Source: a virus
Taxonomy: Duplodnaviria > Caudoviricetes
Virus record (IMG/VR): IMGVR_UViG_3300033148_006861
Coordinates: 1 to 52,251 of that record
Length of the DNA stretch: 52,251 nt
Direction: 5' to 3' (one strand)
The notes under the pieces were generated by a model. The model did not search any database, was not told the origin of the DNA, and was given only the letters and a program-made list of their open reading frames with translations. Each line of letters starts with the position of its first letter. Position 1 is the stretch's first letter. The position numbers were made by a program, and so were the translations under genes. Shown in pieces: positions 17,245 to 28,168 of this stretch.

Positions 17245-18015
17245 TTATTCAGACGACTTTAATTTTATAGACTGTGATCCGGTTTTAAGTTTGTTTTCCG
17301 GTGATGTTCGATTATACAAAGTCTGTATTTCGCTTGTTGAAAGTAATCTCTTAAACACCCACACTTCATCTATGTACGCATCGGAATACCAATCTTCATC
17401 ATAATGTCTGCCAATATAGAAATTGTTATTGTTATTAATATCACCTGTACCAAGTTCTCCTGTTTTAACTTCTTCATCTCCTATCCAAATTTTAAGTCCA
17501 TTATTCGCATCTGAGCGGTCTGCTTTAAGCGTTATAAAATACCATGTATTTGCTTGTAGAACTGAGTCTGCTGTCACATTGGAAATTGAATTACTATCTT
17601 TTACTTTGCAGAATATTTTACTATCTGTATTGCAGGCAATATAATAGCCTTTGGCTACTGGCGTTTTAACAAATTTACTTATTAAAACATAACCGTCATC
17701 AAAATCTTTAAACTTTACCCATAATGAAATAGTAAAATTCGATGTCCCCATATTGCAAACATCACTGCAATTCACATAATCGCTGCTTGTTCTGGTCAAA
17801 TCAAGAGCTGCGCCGAGTACGCCGTTTGACGTCCAAGCCCCATCTAATTCCCCATCGTTTGCATTTTGAGAATGATCAGCGACAACAGTACCTGTTCCTT
17901 CATCGCAAGGCCAATACCCGCATAAATCTTGTTCAGATATAATCGTTCTGGTGGTTATTTTGCCATTAGTAAATGTAAAAGAGAGCAAAATAAAAATAAC
18001 AATTATTTTTTTCAT
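17245..18015 (-). CDS. LamG/concanavalin-like domain protein with signal peptide
   Basis: GYWPCDEGTG, FTISLWVK, WYFIT, YIGR, IDEVWVFKRLLS. Confidence 0.85.
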   Translation of the reverse strand: MKKIIVIFILLSFTFTNGKITTRTIISEQDLCGYWPCDEGTGTVVADHSQNANDGELDGAWTSNGVLGAALDLTRTSSDYVNCSDVCNMGTSNFTISLWVKFKDFDDGYVLISKFVKTPVAKGYYIACNTDSKIFCKVKDSNSISNVTADSVLQANTWYFITLKADRSDANNGLKIWIGDEEVKTGELGTGDINNNNNFYIGRHYDEDWYSDAYIDEVWVFKRLLSTSEIQTLYNRTSPENKLKTGSQSIKLKSSE

Positions 18016-18027
18016 TATACTTTACCT

Positions 18028-20688
18028 CTATGATAAATTTATCCATTCCCCAAAAGCATTTCTAAATTGCAAAGTGCCATTAATATTCCGAAAGCCGACT
18101 TTATTCATTGTACCCACATCTGATATTTTATTTACAGATATAGCGTCATCATTGAAAGATGCTACAACGACATATTTAGTATTATGAATTTCACCAACAC
18201 ATATCGCAACCGGCCCGCCAAGATAATTTGGAGCACCTGATCCCCTTAATTGTTTATTTACTTTCGGAATGCTATCGCTTACATCAAATTGCATTAATGC
18301 GTTGTCACTTAACGAAGCGACATATACATAATCTCCATCTTTGCACATTCCATAAGGTTGATCTAAATAATTTGGAGCACCAGCACCGCTAATATTCCCC
18401 ACTCGAATTGGCGGGTTATTTGCATCCACATTTGAAACATCCCATACCGTCAAAGCATCGCTGTATCTTGCTATTACATAAGCATAGCCGGTGTTTTTAT
18501 CTACCACCACATTTATTGCACCATCTAAGAGTTCTTTTATACCTGTCCCTGAAACCTGATTAATACGCTGCGGAGACGCCTTATTCGTTACATCAATAAC
18601 GACTAAAGCGTCATCATTTTGCGCTGCAACATAAGCCGTATCTTTGCCTGTTTCAGGAAAATCCTCAAGAACATAGATGCCGCGTGCTCCTCCAAGATAA
18701 TTTCCCGACTCACCTGCACCAGATATTTTGCCGACTGGATTAGTTAAACTTCCTGTCAGACTATAAATAGATAAACTTGCGCTATTTGTAGCAACAACAT
18801 AAATATAATTTCCTGCAATAAAAGCATTGGCACATCCATCAAGTAAATGTGTAGAACCATTATGCGTAACCTGTGAATCCAATGTCGGATTCGTTAGATC
18901 GCTTATATCTATTTTTAATAACGTATCGCTGCCTAAAGCGCATACATAAGCATAGTCTGATTTAGCAACAACAGCCATTGGTTCATCCATTGACGCACCA
19001 CCATCGCCATTTTTAATAACTCCTTTTGGGCTTGAATCTAACCACAAACCATCTTCTACACTCCAAATCGTGATTGCGTCATCATATCCACGTGAACCAA
19101 CATAAACTTTACCATTATTGTAAATAACTGAATGACTTTTATGAAGCCAGTAGGGGTCTCCTTGTCCTACTCTCCCACCGACACGTGTTATTGAAGATGG
19201 GTCTGAAATATCATAAATAAGAAAACCGTCATCATAATAGCACGCTACATAAGCATAGTTACCATTAACACACACACTCACCGGGCCATCTAAAAATGTC
19301 GGTGACCCAGCCCCAGTAAGATAACCCGCTTGTGTTGGGTTGCTGGGGGTTGAAACATCTATCACTGTTAAAGCGTCATCGCAAAAGGCTGCTACATAAC
19401 AATAATTTCCAACTTTATGTAACCAGTGAGCCTCACCTAAATATTTGCCGTTTGGATATCCACCTTGTGTCGGGCCAGAACCGCGACCATGAATTTCACC
19501 GACATGTGTAATATCCGTTACATCCGAAACATCGAAAATCGTAACCGAACCCACACGCTCGCCGCTGTTAAAATATTCGCTGCCGCTTTGAGCATCCTGA
19601 AACCGGGTTGCTACATAAGCATAGTCTCCTTCTATCTGTACTTTGATAGCTCCTGCAAGCTCATAAGCATCCACTCCGCCCAATTCTTTATGGTGAATCA
19701 CATCTTTAAGTTGTATATTCTCTGGATCGGTAACATCATAGATAGACAAACTACCGTCAGCTCTCGCCACAACTGCTGCATAAATATATTGCCCAGACTG
19801 GTATACCCACACATCATTGGCCCCATCTAAGTAGTGTCCGCCAGCGCCTCCTTTGCCTGAAACATGACTTTTTTTGACGGGATTATATGGATCGGATACA
19901 TCATAAATACTCAAAGCTGCATCAAATCTGGCAACTACGTAAGCATAATTTTCAAGAACAAAAACTGAATACACGCCGTCAAGATAGTTGCCATTAACCC
20001 CGCCAGCACCAACGATACTGGTTGCATGAACAGGGCTTGTCGGATCGGTTACGTCAATAATTGTCAAAGCGTCATCGCCAGTTGCAGCGGAATAAATAAA
20101 ATTGTCTTTTAAAAAAATTACTATGTTTTCATTTAAATAATTTGGACTGCCTGCCCCCCTAACTACACCAAGCTGATCAGAGATTAAATTTGCTTTTGAC
20201 CCCCAGATTGTCAGTGCGTCATCATTCCCCCTTGCAACTGCTAAAATATGATCATTATGAATTGCAACATCATGGCATTGATCTAAGTAGTTCGGGCTGC
20301 CAGCGCCTGTCACAAAATCTACATTGACAAGCGGATATACTGTATCACCTTTGCCAAAAAGAATCATGCCAATTTGATTTGTTTCATCAGTGCCAGCATT
20401 AACTTTTACTGTTTGCGCTTTAAGTTCAAGAGGATCGGCTTCTTCAACTGCACTGACGGCTTCACTATCGCTATAACGGTTATAGATTGAATAGGCTACG
20501 GCTTTCGCTTCTTTTAAATTCTGGTTTTCATCTAATATCCTAACATTTGGCAATATTATATTATCCCCCTTGCCTTTTTGTACTCTATGCCAATTCAGCC
20601 TTGTTGTAATGCGCCCCCGCCTTCGGCTGTCAATATGAATGTCTCTTATTTTATCGGCAATTGTTAATTTACGATGTCTCAAACTCAC
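18028..20688 (-). CDS. LVIVD-repeat beta-propeller tail / receptor-binding protein
   Basis: Many repeats of YAYV...DDALTIIDVSDP..P with GAGSPNYLDG linkers; follows the baseplate hub gene. Confidence 0.85.
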   Translation of the reverse strand: MSLRHRKLTIADKIRDIHIDSRRRGRITTRLNWHRVQKGKGDNIILPNVRILDENQNLKEAKAVAYSIYNRYSDSEAVSAVEEADPLELKAQTVKVNAGTDETNQIGMILFGKGDTVYPLVNVDFVTGAGSPNYLDQCHDVAIHNDHILAVARGNDDALTIWGSKANLISDQLGVVRGAGSPNYLNENIVIFLKDNFIYSAATGDDALTIIDVTDPTSPVHATSIVGAGGVNGNYLDGVYSVFVLENYAYVVARFDAALSIYDVSDPYNPVKKSHVSGKGGAGGHYLDGANDVWVYQSGQYIYAAVVARADGSLSIYDVTDPENIQLKDVIHHKELGGVDAYELAGAIKVQIEGDYAYVATRFQDAQSGSEYFNSGERVGSVTIFDVSDVTDITHVGEIHGRGSGPTQGGYPNGKYLGEAHWLHKVGNYCYVAAFCDDALTVIDVSTPSNPTQAGYLTGAGSPTFLDGPVSVCVNGNYAYVACYYDDGFLIYDISDPSSITRVGGRVGQGDPYWLHKSHSVIYNNGKVYVGSRGYDDAITIWSVEDGLWLDSSPKGVIKNGDGGASMDEPMAVVAKSDYAYVCALGSDTLLKIDISDLTNPTLDSQVTHNGSTHLLDGCANAFIAGNYIYVVATNSASLSIYSLTGSLTNPVGKISGAGESGNYLGGARGIYVLEDFPETGKDTAYVAAQNDDALVVIDVTNKASPQRINQVSGTGIKELLDGAINVVVDKNTGYAYVIARYSDALTVWDVSNVDANNPPIRVGNISGAGAPNYLDQPYGMCKDGDYVYVASLSDNALMQFDVSDSIPKVNKQLRGSGAPNYLGGPVAICVGEIHNTKYVVVASFNDDAISVNKISDVGTMNKVGFRNINGTLQFRNAFGEWINLS

Positions 20689-22525
20689 CTTTACATATCC
20701 ATGGTTTTAACAAATTCCAGCTTTTTTTAATACATCGTATTGTTGTATTTATATTGAGTCCTGAATCAACCAAACTTAAACTGTCTCCAACTTTAAACTC
20801 ATCAGAGCTGTATGTGCCGCTATTATATTCATACAAATCATAAAATTTAACATCATAGCTTATTTTAGGTTTATTAATATTTCTCAATTGTTCAATTGCT
20901 CTTTCCCAAAGCATTTTTCTTGAGCAATGCGGCACAAAGGCATCTATCATAGGCATATATTCTGAAAGAACAATAACAACAGAATCAAGATAAAAAGTAA
21001 CCGAACCGCCATCAGCAAATATCTCAAACGGATAATCACCTGTTGCCCCTGCGACTGCGCCTTCTGCTATTACCTGATACCAGCCAGTTTCCTCAAGATA
21101 ACATTCATCTTCTTCTGTTTCAGCATTTATAGGAAAGTATTCACTATCACTTATTTTTTGTCTAATAACTAATTTTGCACCAGATGCAATAGAAGTGATT
21201 TTAATCCACGCATAAAAAGAATACGGTTCATTGTTATGCAGATAAATATTTCTATATATCCCCTCTCCGTCACCTGCGATAACTTTTTGACTTTTGCTGC
21301 CATTTTTTATATGACTTGATGTTGTATTTTCAGAAACAGTCGGCGAACCTATCTTTGACCAGCCCTGACATATACCATTGCTGTAAGTTCCAGATAAATC
21401 GCTATAATCTTCCGGTCCAGCTAAGTTGTAAACTTCTGAAAGACTTTCATCAACATAAACTTTTTCAGTAACATCATAGCTGTTTTCAGAAACATTGTCC
21501 GGCACAAAATCTATTGCTGTTGTACCATCCTTATCAAGAATATAAAATACAGAATCATTAGGTACGGACTGCCCTGTTGCTATCTTTATTCTGTCGTATC
21601 CGTTTTGTTTATCACAATCCAGAATTTCCTTTATTAAATCTGTCGGACTGCCATTAATTATAAGAGCATAATAGCCATTCAGAGCGTCATCCCTTGTCAA
21701 CAGCCTCTCTGAATTTACATTAATCCAACCTGTCCCGCTATCATAACTATTCGCTACAAATGCGGCATATTTAACATTCAATATATCACCGCTTATAGCA
21801 TTTTTATAAGCCCATCGTTGTGCAGGTTCAGCCTCTCCCCCGATAGCGATTATCCTTGTGGCAAATCCTTCGCTTATTTTTGACTCGTGTGATACCGCTC
21901 TAAGATTTTTTTTGAACTCAATGGCAGCCGTGCCCGGAGTGCCATTTGTCGTATTGTTTATTGTCCGAATATAAATTTTCTTATGGTTAGCTCCGCCATC
22001 TGCTATAATCTCGTAATCATAATTAGTTACTTCCGCAAGCCTTTGAATGATTTCTAAACAACTTTCATATTCAATGTCAAAATCAATCGCAAATTTAGGT
22101 TTAATTTCACCTAAGCTAAAATCGGTTGCATATTTCAAAACGCTGTTATTAAGGATCGTTGTCGGCGTTTGCTGTACAAATTGGATACGCTCTTTAACGA
22201 TAATATCAGCCAAGTCATATTTTAAATGTTCGCAATAAACTTCTACTTTTAACCTTAGACTCCTCCTGTATTCTCTAATATCTTTGATTCTATATGTTAC
22301 GTATGTCGATGTCTCGGTATTGTTTAATCTTATTATATTTTTAATGGCAATATCGGAAAAATCACTTGCCGTCCTATCCATCGTAAAAGTCAGCGTTTGC
22401 TCTGCATTTAATTCATCTATTACATTGCCGTCTATAATTTCAGAACCAGATAAAGTGCATAATGTTGTCGTGTCATCAGCATCGCGGACAATTAAAGAAT
22501 ATTTTCTGTCTTTGATTCCAGGCAT
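20669..22525 (-). CDS. Tal / baseplate-hub-like minor tail protein with carbohydrate-binding insertion
   Basis: Position after Dit; VYCEHLKYDL, KKNL...TRIIAIG, KPKISYDV...VGD motifs. Confidence 0.75.
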   Translation of the reverse strand: MPGIKDRKYSLIVRDADDTTTLCTLSGSEIIDGNVIDELNAEQTLTFTMDRTASDFSDIAIKNIIRLNNTETSTYVTYRIKDIREYRRSLRLKVEVYCEHLKYDLADIIVKERIQFVQQTPTTILNNSVLKYATDFSLGEIKPKFAIDFDIEYESCLEIIQRLAEVTNYDYEIIADGGANHKKIYIRTINNTTNGTPGTAAIEFKKNLRAVSHESKISEGFATRIIAIGGEAEPAQRWAYKNAISGDILNVKYAAFVANSYDSGTGWINVNSERLLTRDDALNGYYALIINGSPTDLIKEILDCDKQNGYDRIKIATGQSVPNDSVFYILDKDGTTAIDFVPDNVSENSYDVTEKVYVDESLSEVYNLAGPEDYSDLSGTYSNGICQGWSKIGSPTVSENTTSSHIKNGSKSQKVIAGDGEGIYRNIYLHNNEPYSFYAWIKITSIASGAKLVIRQKISDSEYFPINAETEEDECYLEETGWYQVIAEGAVAGATGDYPFEIFADGGSVTFYLDSVVIVLSEYMPMIDAFVPHCSRKMLWERAIEQLRNINKPKISYDVKFYDLYEYNSGTYSSDEFKVGDSLSLVDSGLNINTTIRCIKKSWNLLKPWICKGEFETS

Positions 22526-22962
22526 TAAGATACTGCTCCGTAATCTTTTTTAGTTATAAAGCCCACTGTGACCAATGCAATTTTGGATGTTAGGCTTGAG
22601 CCAATATATCTTACAGTAAATGTTCCGTCATAAACGGCTTGATAGACATAGCTGGTGTCATCTCCAAATATTAGCTGTTTATAGTTATATGTTGAAATAT
22701 TCGATTCTAATTTATCACGCAGATTTTTGATTTTAGTCCTGCAATCAGAGTGCGTAGTGCCTATAATATGGCCAGTGATGTAAACATGTCTTTCCCCGAA
22801 ATCAGAACCAAAATCAAGCGGGTCATCAACGCCCGGTACCGGCTCTATATTTGTCCTCAATGGCGGGAGTGTATCTCTGTTTTTTATTCCTTCTTTTGCT
22901 AATTTAAAACCATAGGTCGCCCAATCCACTCCATCATATTTTATTTCAAATGGTAACATCAA
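22525..22962 (-). CDS. Distal tail protein (Dit)
   Basis: VPGVDDPLDFGSDFGER, LIFGDD..YVYQA; follows tape measure. Confidence 0.75.
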   Translation of the reverse strand: MMLPFEIKYDGVDWATYGFKLAKEGIKNRDTLPPLRTNIEPVPGVDDPLDFGSDFGERHVYITGHIIGTTHSDCRTKIKNLRDKLESNISTYNYKQLIFGDDTSYVYQAVYDGTFTVRYIGSSLTSKIALVTVGFITKKDYGAVS

Positions 22963-25835
22963 ACAATACCCTGCGCCCTCATAGTTCTTTTTGTATCCTC
23001 ATAAGTTATACGTGCTATTTCATTGCTGCCGGTAAATCCATCGCCTGCAATACTAATATCTGCTCGATTAATATCTATTCTTGCATTTTGTGCGTTAATA
23101 TTTACAAATTGTGTAAAGGCCGAAAATGTTTCAGTCGTGACAGGGGTCATAGCACGGCCACCATCTTGGCTTAATTTAGCAGCGAGTAATTCATATATTT
23201 TTCTTACCCACAGATCAACCGACCACATTGCTTCAATCAGTACATCAGCTTGTCGGTAAGTAATTTGTTTTGTTCTGGTAAATGCGATCTGCTCTTGCTG
23301 TTTCCTTATATCTTCCTGCGCTTTTTGAGACTGCTCTTTAATCGCTCTTAATAAATCAGAGTAAATGTCAACAATGTCTTTTAACTGTTCGATATTTAGA
23401 TTTTGCGGTAGTGGAATATTCGGAAATGCCGCTGCCCATGCTTGGCTAACATTACCGGTACGGGATAATGTTTGCACGAATATCTCAATAGCTTTTAATC
23501 CTTCCTCAGTATTTTCGGGCAATTTGATTCCAAGAAGCTCAATCAATCTTTTTAATTTTCGCACTGGATCGTCAATATCCAGAATCGACATTTCATAATT
23601 CCACTGCTCAATCAAATCTGTAAATTCGGTATCTAATCTGCCAAACTCCTTGATATTTTTCTCGGTGATATTTATTAGTTCCTCATAATACTTGCGATAT
23701 TGTTTAATACTGTCTGTTTGAGGACTACGCTCAAAGCCTTTCAGTATTTCACGATAATACGACAAGGCCTGCTGCATTTGTACAAGAGACATTTCCTTCA
23801 AACTATCAGAGTATTGCCTTAACTGCTCATTCAGTTTCCTTTGCCTTTCAGCCGCCCTCTGACTCTCGGAAGCCCACATCTCAAATAGGCTAATTATGCT
23901 ACCTATGGATTGCGCTAAATTTCCGCTTCCAATTGAGTAAATTAGATCACCGACATTACTGGTGAATTGCAATACTACTCGGTCGCCTCTTGACAGCATA
24001 TTGATTAATTTTTCGCCAGTATTGAGCCAATCTGCAAGATGAGAGCCTCCTTCGTCAAGTTTTACCCAAAATTGTTCAAGCAGTGATGTTGTAATATCAA
24101 GGTTTGTAGGCGGTGGCAATGTAAAGGGTTTTGTATATACTGGCACTTTAGTTGGCTTCGCTGGAGCATAAGGCTCTGGCAAGCCACGCATCGCTGGTAA
24201 TCCCCAAGCCGGTACATGACTCCAGATCGGCCATTTCGGTTCTCGCATTTGTTTTAACAATTCCGACCGTGCCTTAGCGGCTTCTTTTGCAGCTCGCTCG
24301 GCTTCTTCCCTCTGCTTTTTCTGTAATTCCAAAATATCTTTCTCGGTTGTAACCTTATATTCATACCAGCCTTTTTCATTGAGAATACGCTCAATTACTA
24401 TAACTCTCCCTTCATTTTCAATTTTTTGAATTTCCTTAACCGCATCCTCTTTTTCTTTATAATATTCTAACTCAAGCCTTGCCGCTTCAAGATAATCATA
24501 ATAAGTTACAACATTTTTTTTAAGCACCTCTTGGGCTTTCTCGCTCATATAAGGGAATATTTTTAAAAATTCAACAGCCTCCTCCATTTCACGCAAAGTA
24601 GCGGCTGGCTTCATAGCCTCAGTGATTCCTTTTTGCAAAGCTGTTGCTCGATTAATGATATCAGCGGCAGAAGCTATTTGAGTGCCTACTTTCCACCATT
24701 CTCTTTGCAGTCTTTTTGCCTCTGTTTCTCCTGCTAATCCCACGCCCTCAAATGCGTCTCCTACCAATCTCAATGACTCAACGACACTTGGCATCAGTTT
24801 ATTGCCTAATTCATAAAATCCTGATAAAATCCTATTCTTTTCCAATACCCACTTGTTGCGTATAGTATTGGCCATCTGTTCAAAAGCTCTTTGTGTTGCT
24901 CCCTCAGATTTAGCCATACTGTCCATTATTCGAGAAAACTCTTTTGCCTGAACCCCTGCAACTACCGAAGCTGCTCTAAAGGCACGAATTTCAGGAACTA
25001 TTTGCTGCAATAAGGTTATATTATCACCGGCGGCATCGTTAAGGTCTTTAATGAATCTCTGGAATCCTTTAGCACGCATTGCATCCACAGACCATTCGAT
25101 TCCAACTTTTCGCGCTGCTTCTTTGGCTTGTTCTTGCGAATCAACAATTGCCAAAAACAATCTATTTAAAGAGGTTGCTGATTCATCCGCTGAGTAACCG
25201 GCTTTTGTCATTGTTGCCATTGCTGCTGCCACTTCTTTAAAAGTCACTCCTGCCAACGCCGCAGAGGAAACTACCTGCCCAATTGTTGGGGCCAATGTGG
25301 CCATTGTTAGCTTACCTTCTTTGATGGCCGTAAAAAGTATATCTGAAATTCGCTCAGCCTCATAGGCTTCTTTTTGATAAGCATTTAATACATTTGTAAT
25401 CGCATCTACTGTGGTGTATGTATCGGAAAGTCCCGCCACTGCTCCTTTAGATGCTGTCTCTAAAACATATAATGCTTGCTGTGTATTTTGAACACCTGCG
25501 GAAATGGTCTGATAAAGACCTTTTGTTAATTGCTCTGCCGCCTGCGGTACTCTGGTGGATAAGCCGATAATAGTTTTCCTTAGTTCGCCTAAATCCTTAA
25601 CGTCCTTATCAATCAGAGTTCCGACTTCGGCTAAGGCTGTTTCTAATCTCGACTCCAATAAAATAGAGGTAGTTCCAATAGCTCCAATTGCTAAAGCCAA
25701 AGCTACTGGACCGCCTTTAGAAACTTGATAAAATTTAGTATCAATTCGACTCAGCGATTGCATTGCTTGGACTTCACCCATTTTTAAACCTGTGGTATCG
25801 AGACCCATCGCGTAATGTAAACGATCCACTAACAT
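22959..25835 (-). CDS. Tape measure protein (TP901 family)
   Basis: GLYQTISAG, GAVAGLSD, EGKLT, GATQRAFEQM; long helical protein. Confidence 0.92.
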   Translation of the reverse strand: MLVDRLHYAMGLDTTGLKMGEVQAMQSLSRIDTKFYQVSKGGPVALALAIGAIGTTSILLESRLETALAEVGTLIDKDVKDLGELRKTIIGLSTRVPQAAEQLTKGLYQTISAGVQNTQQALYVLETASKGAVAGLSDTYTTVDAITNVLNAYQKEAYEAERISDILFTAIKEGKLTMATLAPTIGQVVSSAALAGVTFKEVAAAMATMTKAGYSADESATSLNRLFLAIVDSQEQAKEAARKVGIEWSVDAMRAKGFQRFIKDLNDAAGDNITLLQQIVPEIRAFRAASVVAGVQAKEFSRIMDSMAKSEGATQRAFEQMANTIRNKWVLEKNRILSGFYELGNKLMPSVVESLRLVGDAFEGVGLAGETEAKRLQREWWKVGTQIASAADIINRATALQKGITEAMKPAATLREMEEAVEFLKIFPYMSEKAQEVLKKNVVTYYDYLEAARLELEYYKEKEDAVKEIQKIENEGRVIVIERILNEKGWYEYKVTTEKDILELQKKQREEAERAAKEAAKARSELLKQMREPKWPIWSHVPAWGLPAMRGLPEPYAPAKPTKVPVYTKPFTLPPPTNLDITTSLLEQFWVKLDEGGSHLADWLNTGEKLINMLSRGDRVVLQFTSNVGDLIYSIGSGNLAQSIGSIISLFEMWASESQRAAERQRKLNEQLRQYSDSLKEMSLVQMQQALSYYREILKGFERSPQTDSIKQYRKYYEELINITEKNIKEFGRLDTEFTDLIEQWNYEMSILDIDDPVRKLKRLIELLGIKLPENTEEGLKAIEIFVQTLSRTGNVSQAWAAAFPNIPLPQNLNIEQLKDIVDIYSDLLRAIKEQSQKAQEDIRKQQEQIAFTRTKQITYRQADVLIEAMWSVDLWVRKIYELLAAKLSQDGGRAMTPVTTETFSAFTQFVNINAQNARIDINRADISIAGDGFTGSNEIARITYEDTKRTMRAQGIV

Positions 25836-25839
25836 TGTT

Positions 25840-26340
25840 CTATTTGAACCTCAATTTTCGTAGTTTTAATTTTCTCACCAATGTTGGAGTCATTCGATTT
25901 TTAACTGATTCAACCGCATAGCCTAAAACTGAATAACCCTCTTTTACTTCAAGCGGAATCGCATATTCCATTCCTGCTATCAATAAACCTAATATTTGTT
26001 TCGTGTCATTGCGGCCTGTTGTTTGTCCATGTTTATAATCAATTATTTTAGTCTGTAATGGCTTTAGAATTTCTATAATGATAGAATCCCTCAAATTCCC
26101 AGTTCGATCCCGCCAAGCTCCAGGACGTGAGGGATTTTTCGCAATGTTTTGCATTATGGTTAAAATACCCTCTAATGCCTCTGGGCTTAATTCGTTCTCA
26201 ATTTCTTTTATGATTAAATCTAATCGTGCTCTGGCTCTGGCTAATTGAACACGCCCAGCCTTTAATCTCTGGGCATGTCCGAATCTAACTGAAGCCTGAG
26301 TAATCTTGCTAATATCCCTGTATTTCCCTATCTTAGGCAT
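25840..26340 (-). CDS. HK97 gp10-like tail completion protein
   Basis: WRDRTGNLRDSI...AGMEYAIPLE...GYSVL. Confidence 0.7.
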   Translation of the reverse strand: MPKIGKYRDISKITQASVRFGHAQRLKAGRVQLARARARLDLIIKEIENELSPEALEGILTIMQNIAKNPSRPGAWRDRTGNLRDSIIIEILKPLQTKIIDYKHGQTTGRNDTKQILGLLIAGMEYAIPLEVKEGYSVLGYAVESVKNRMTPTLVRKLKLRKLRFK

Positions 26341-26569
26341 GATTGTATTTTAATCCAAAATCAGCTAACAAATCAGAATCTATTTCACTAATGTCTTTTT
26401 GCTTATTAGATTTTTCATCTATCCCTTGAGCTTCATCTGTATCTGTATCTTTGTTTTCATAGACTGGCCAGTAATCTAAAATCAAGAATAGCCATGCACA
26501 AGGCATTTCCCAAACTACGTATTCAGGTTTCCAGCCTGTTTCTTTGCAAAGAATAACGATGCCGCTCAA
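26333..26569 (-). CDS. Tail assembly chaperone, -1 frameshift extension (gpT-like)
   Basis: No good start or RBS; reachable by -1 slip at 26619-26627; GWKPEYV motif. Confidence 0.7.
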   Translation of the reverse strand: MSGIVILCKETGWKPEYVVWEMPCAWLFLILDYWPVYENKDTDTDEAQGIDEKSNKQKDISEIDSDLLADFGLKYNHA

Positions 26570-26577
26570 AATCTGGT

Positions 26578-27066
26578 CTATGATATCTCCTTCTTTTCTT
26601 CCATCCCCATCTCTAAAATTTTTTTTTGACGTTCAAAACGTGGATTACGCTTTGTCCATTCATCAATAATCTGAATTAATTGCAACTCTGTTGCCTGCCA
26701 TTCCAGTTCTTCAATTGCAATGGGGAAATCTGTTTTTTCAAAATTTCCTCTTTTTTCTGTCCAGACCTTAGCAGGAATTAACATCAAACGAATGAGCTGA
26801 TAATCTTCATAGCTATCAGTTACTAACCTTTTTTCGAGCAAATCATAAATAGTGTCAAGCTGCTCCTCGCCTGATTCTTTTCCCTTATTAGCTTCTTTTT
26901 TTAAGAGGTCTAAATCTACTCTTTTTGCCTTTGCAATTCGATGTTTGTATATCTGTGTTACCGCACCTGCAGGCAGGGCTTCAACTTTAACAGTCTTTGA
27001 GCCAATATCAAAAGTTGCTGGTACATTAACTAATCTATCTACCTCTTTTAAATTTTCTTTACTCAT
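26578..27066 (-). CDS. Tail assembly chaperone (gpG-like)
   Basis: Between tail tube and tape measure; A9 slippery run near the 3' end. Confidence 0.7.
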   Translation of the reverse strand: MSKENLKEVDRLVNVPATFDIGSKTVKVEALPAGAVTQIYKHRIAKAKRVDLDLLKKEANKGKESGEEQLDTIYDLLEKRLVTDSYEDYQLIRLMLIPAKVWTEKRGNFEKTDFPIAIEELEWQATELQLIQIIDEWTKRNPRFERQKKILEMGMEEKKEIS

Positions 27067-27078
27067 TTTATTCCTTTC

Positions 27079-27672
27079 TTATAAAAGGCATCCTAATAGA
27101 TTTTCTGCTTTCGCCTTTTGATACATTTCAGGATGTTTACTCTTTAATAACCGCTCAGCCTTATTGTCAGGCGTAGTGCTTGATTTCTCTGGATGTTCAA
27201 CTCGTGAACTCGGACAGTATTTAATAGTGCCGCCCTTCTCAATTATTGTCCAAGCTAAATCAGTATCGCCGCGCCATCCGGTAAATTGTTCATCAAACCC
27301 GCCAACTTTTCTTAGAACCGCTTTAGTATAAAAGATGTGTCCTGACATAAAGCCCCATTCATATATTCGATTAAGCTTGCCGTAAATATATCCTTCAACT
27401 CCATCGACTTTTTCATTTTCAAAAATCTTTAGAGCTTCTTCAAGGGCATTTGGTTCGGGAATAACGTCATCAGCCAAGAACCAAATAATATTCCCCTTCG
27501 CCTTTTTCCAGCCTTTGTTATTATTCTTAAAAGCTGTACCACTGCCCTCGCTGATAATTATTTCTAAATAATCTGCTGTTTGCTTTTTCAAAGCATCCAT
27601 TAATCGCTGTAATTTATCCTCTCTTGTTTTTGGCAAATGTGGAATTACAATTGATACTTTACATATTCTCAT
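27079..27672 (-). CDS. Family 2 glycosyltransferase
   Basis: VSIVIP, NNKGWKKAKG, FLADD, VGGFDE, GDTDL. Confidence 0.9.
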   Translation of the reverse strand: MRICKVSIVIPHLPKTREDKLQRLMDALKKQTADYLEIIISEGSGTAFKNNNKGWKKAKGNIIWFLADDVIPEPNALEEALKIFENEKVDGVEGYIYGKLNRIYEWGFMSGHIFYTKAVLRKVGGFDEQFTGWRGDTDLAWTIIEKGGTIKYCPSSRVEHPEKSSTTPDNKAERLLKSKHPEMYQKAKAENLLGCLL

Positions 27673-27676
27673 TATA

Positions 27677-28168
27677 TTAATTCTCCTTTTTAAAAGCCGA
27701 TGCCACAATATCAGTTTCATTGGCAATATGAATGGCATAATGTTCTAATTTACCAGTCATTTCAAACAAATAACGGAATCCATCAGGCATGATCCGCCAG
27801 CAGTCTAACGGATACCGATGCAATGGAAATGACCAATGCGTTATTATTACCAAATATCCTTTCGGTTTTAAAATACGAACGAGTTCAGGAATCCAGTCCC
27901 AAATACGGGTTACGTGCTCCATCGTAGAGCCAGAGATTACAATATCAAACTCGCAGTCTTGAAAAGGATATCGAAAAGGGTCTTTAGACACCACATCTAC
28001 ATTTTTGCCCTGAACTAAATCAAGACCGATGTATTCCCAGCCTCGTTGAGTGATTAGAGGTTTATAGCTTCCATTGATATCCAAACTGCCGACATCGAGC
28101 ACTTTGGCATTCTTGAAATGAACTTGATAAAGTTTCATCTCCATAATTTTATAGGCCAAGTTGTGCAT
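27677..28168 (-). CDS. Class I SAM-dependent methyltransferase
   Basis: VLDVGS, YIGLD, FDIVISGSTMEH, LKPKG, HRYPLDCWR. Confidence 0.9.
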   Translation of the reverse strand: MHNLAYKIMEMKLYQVHFKNAKVLDVGSLDINGSYKPLITQRGWEYIGLDLVQGKNVDVVSKDPFRYPFQDCEFDIVISGSTMEHVTRIWDWIPELVRILKPKGYLVIITHWSFPLHRYPLDCWRIMPDGFRYLFEMTGKLEHYAIHIANETDIVASAFKKEN

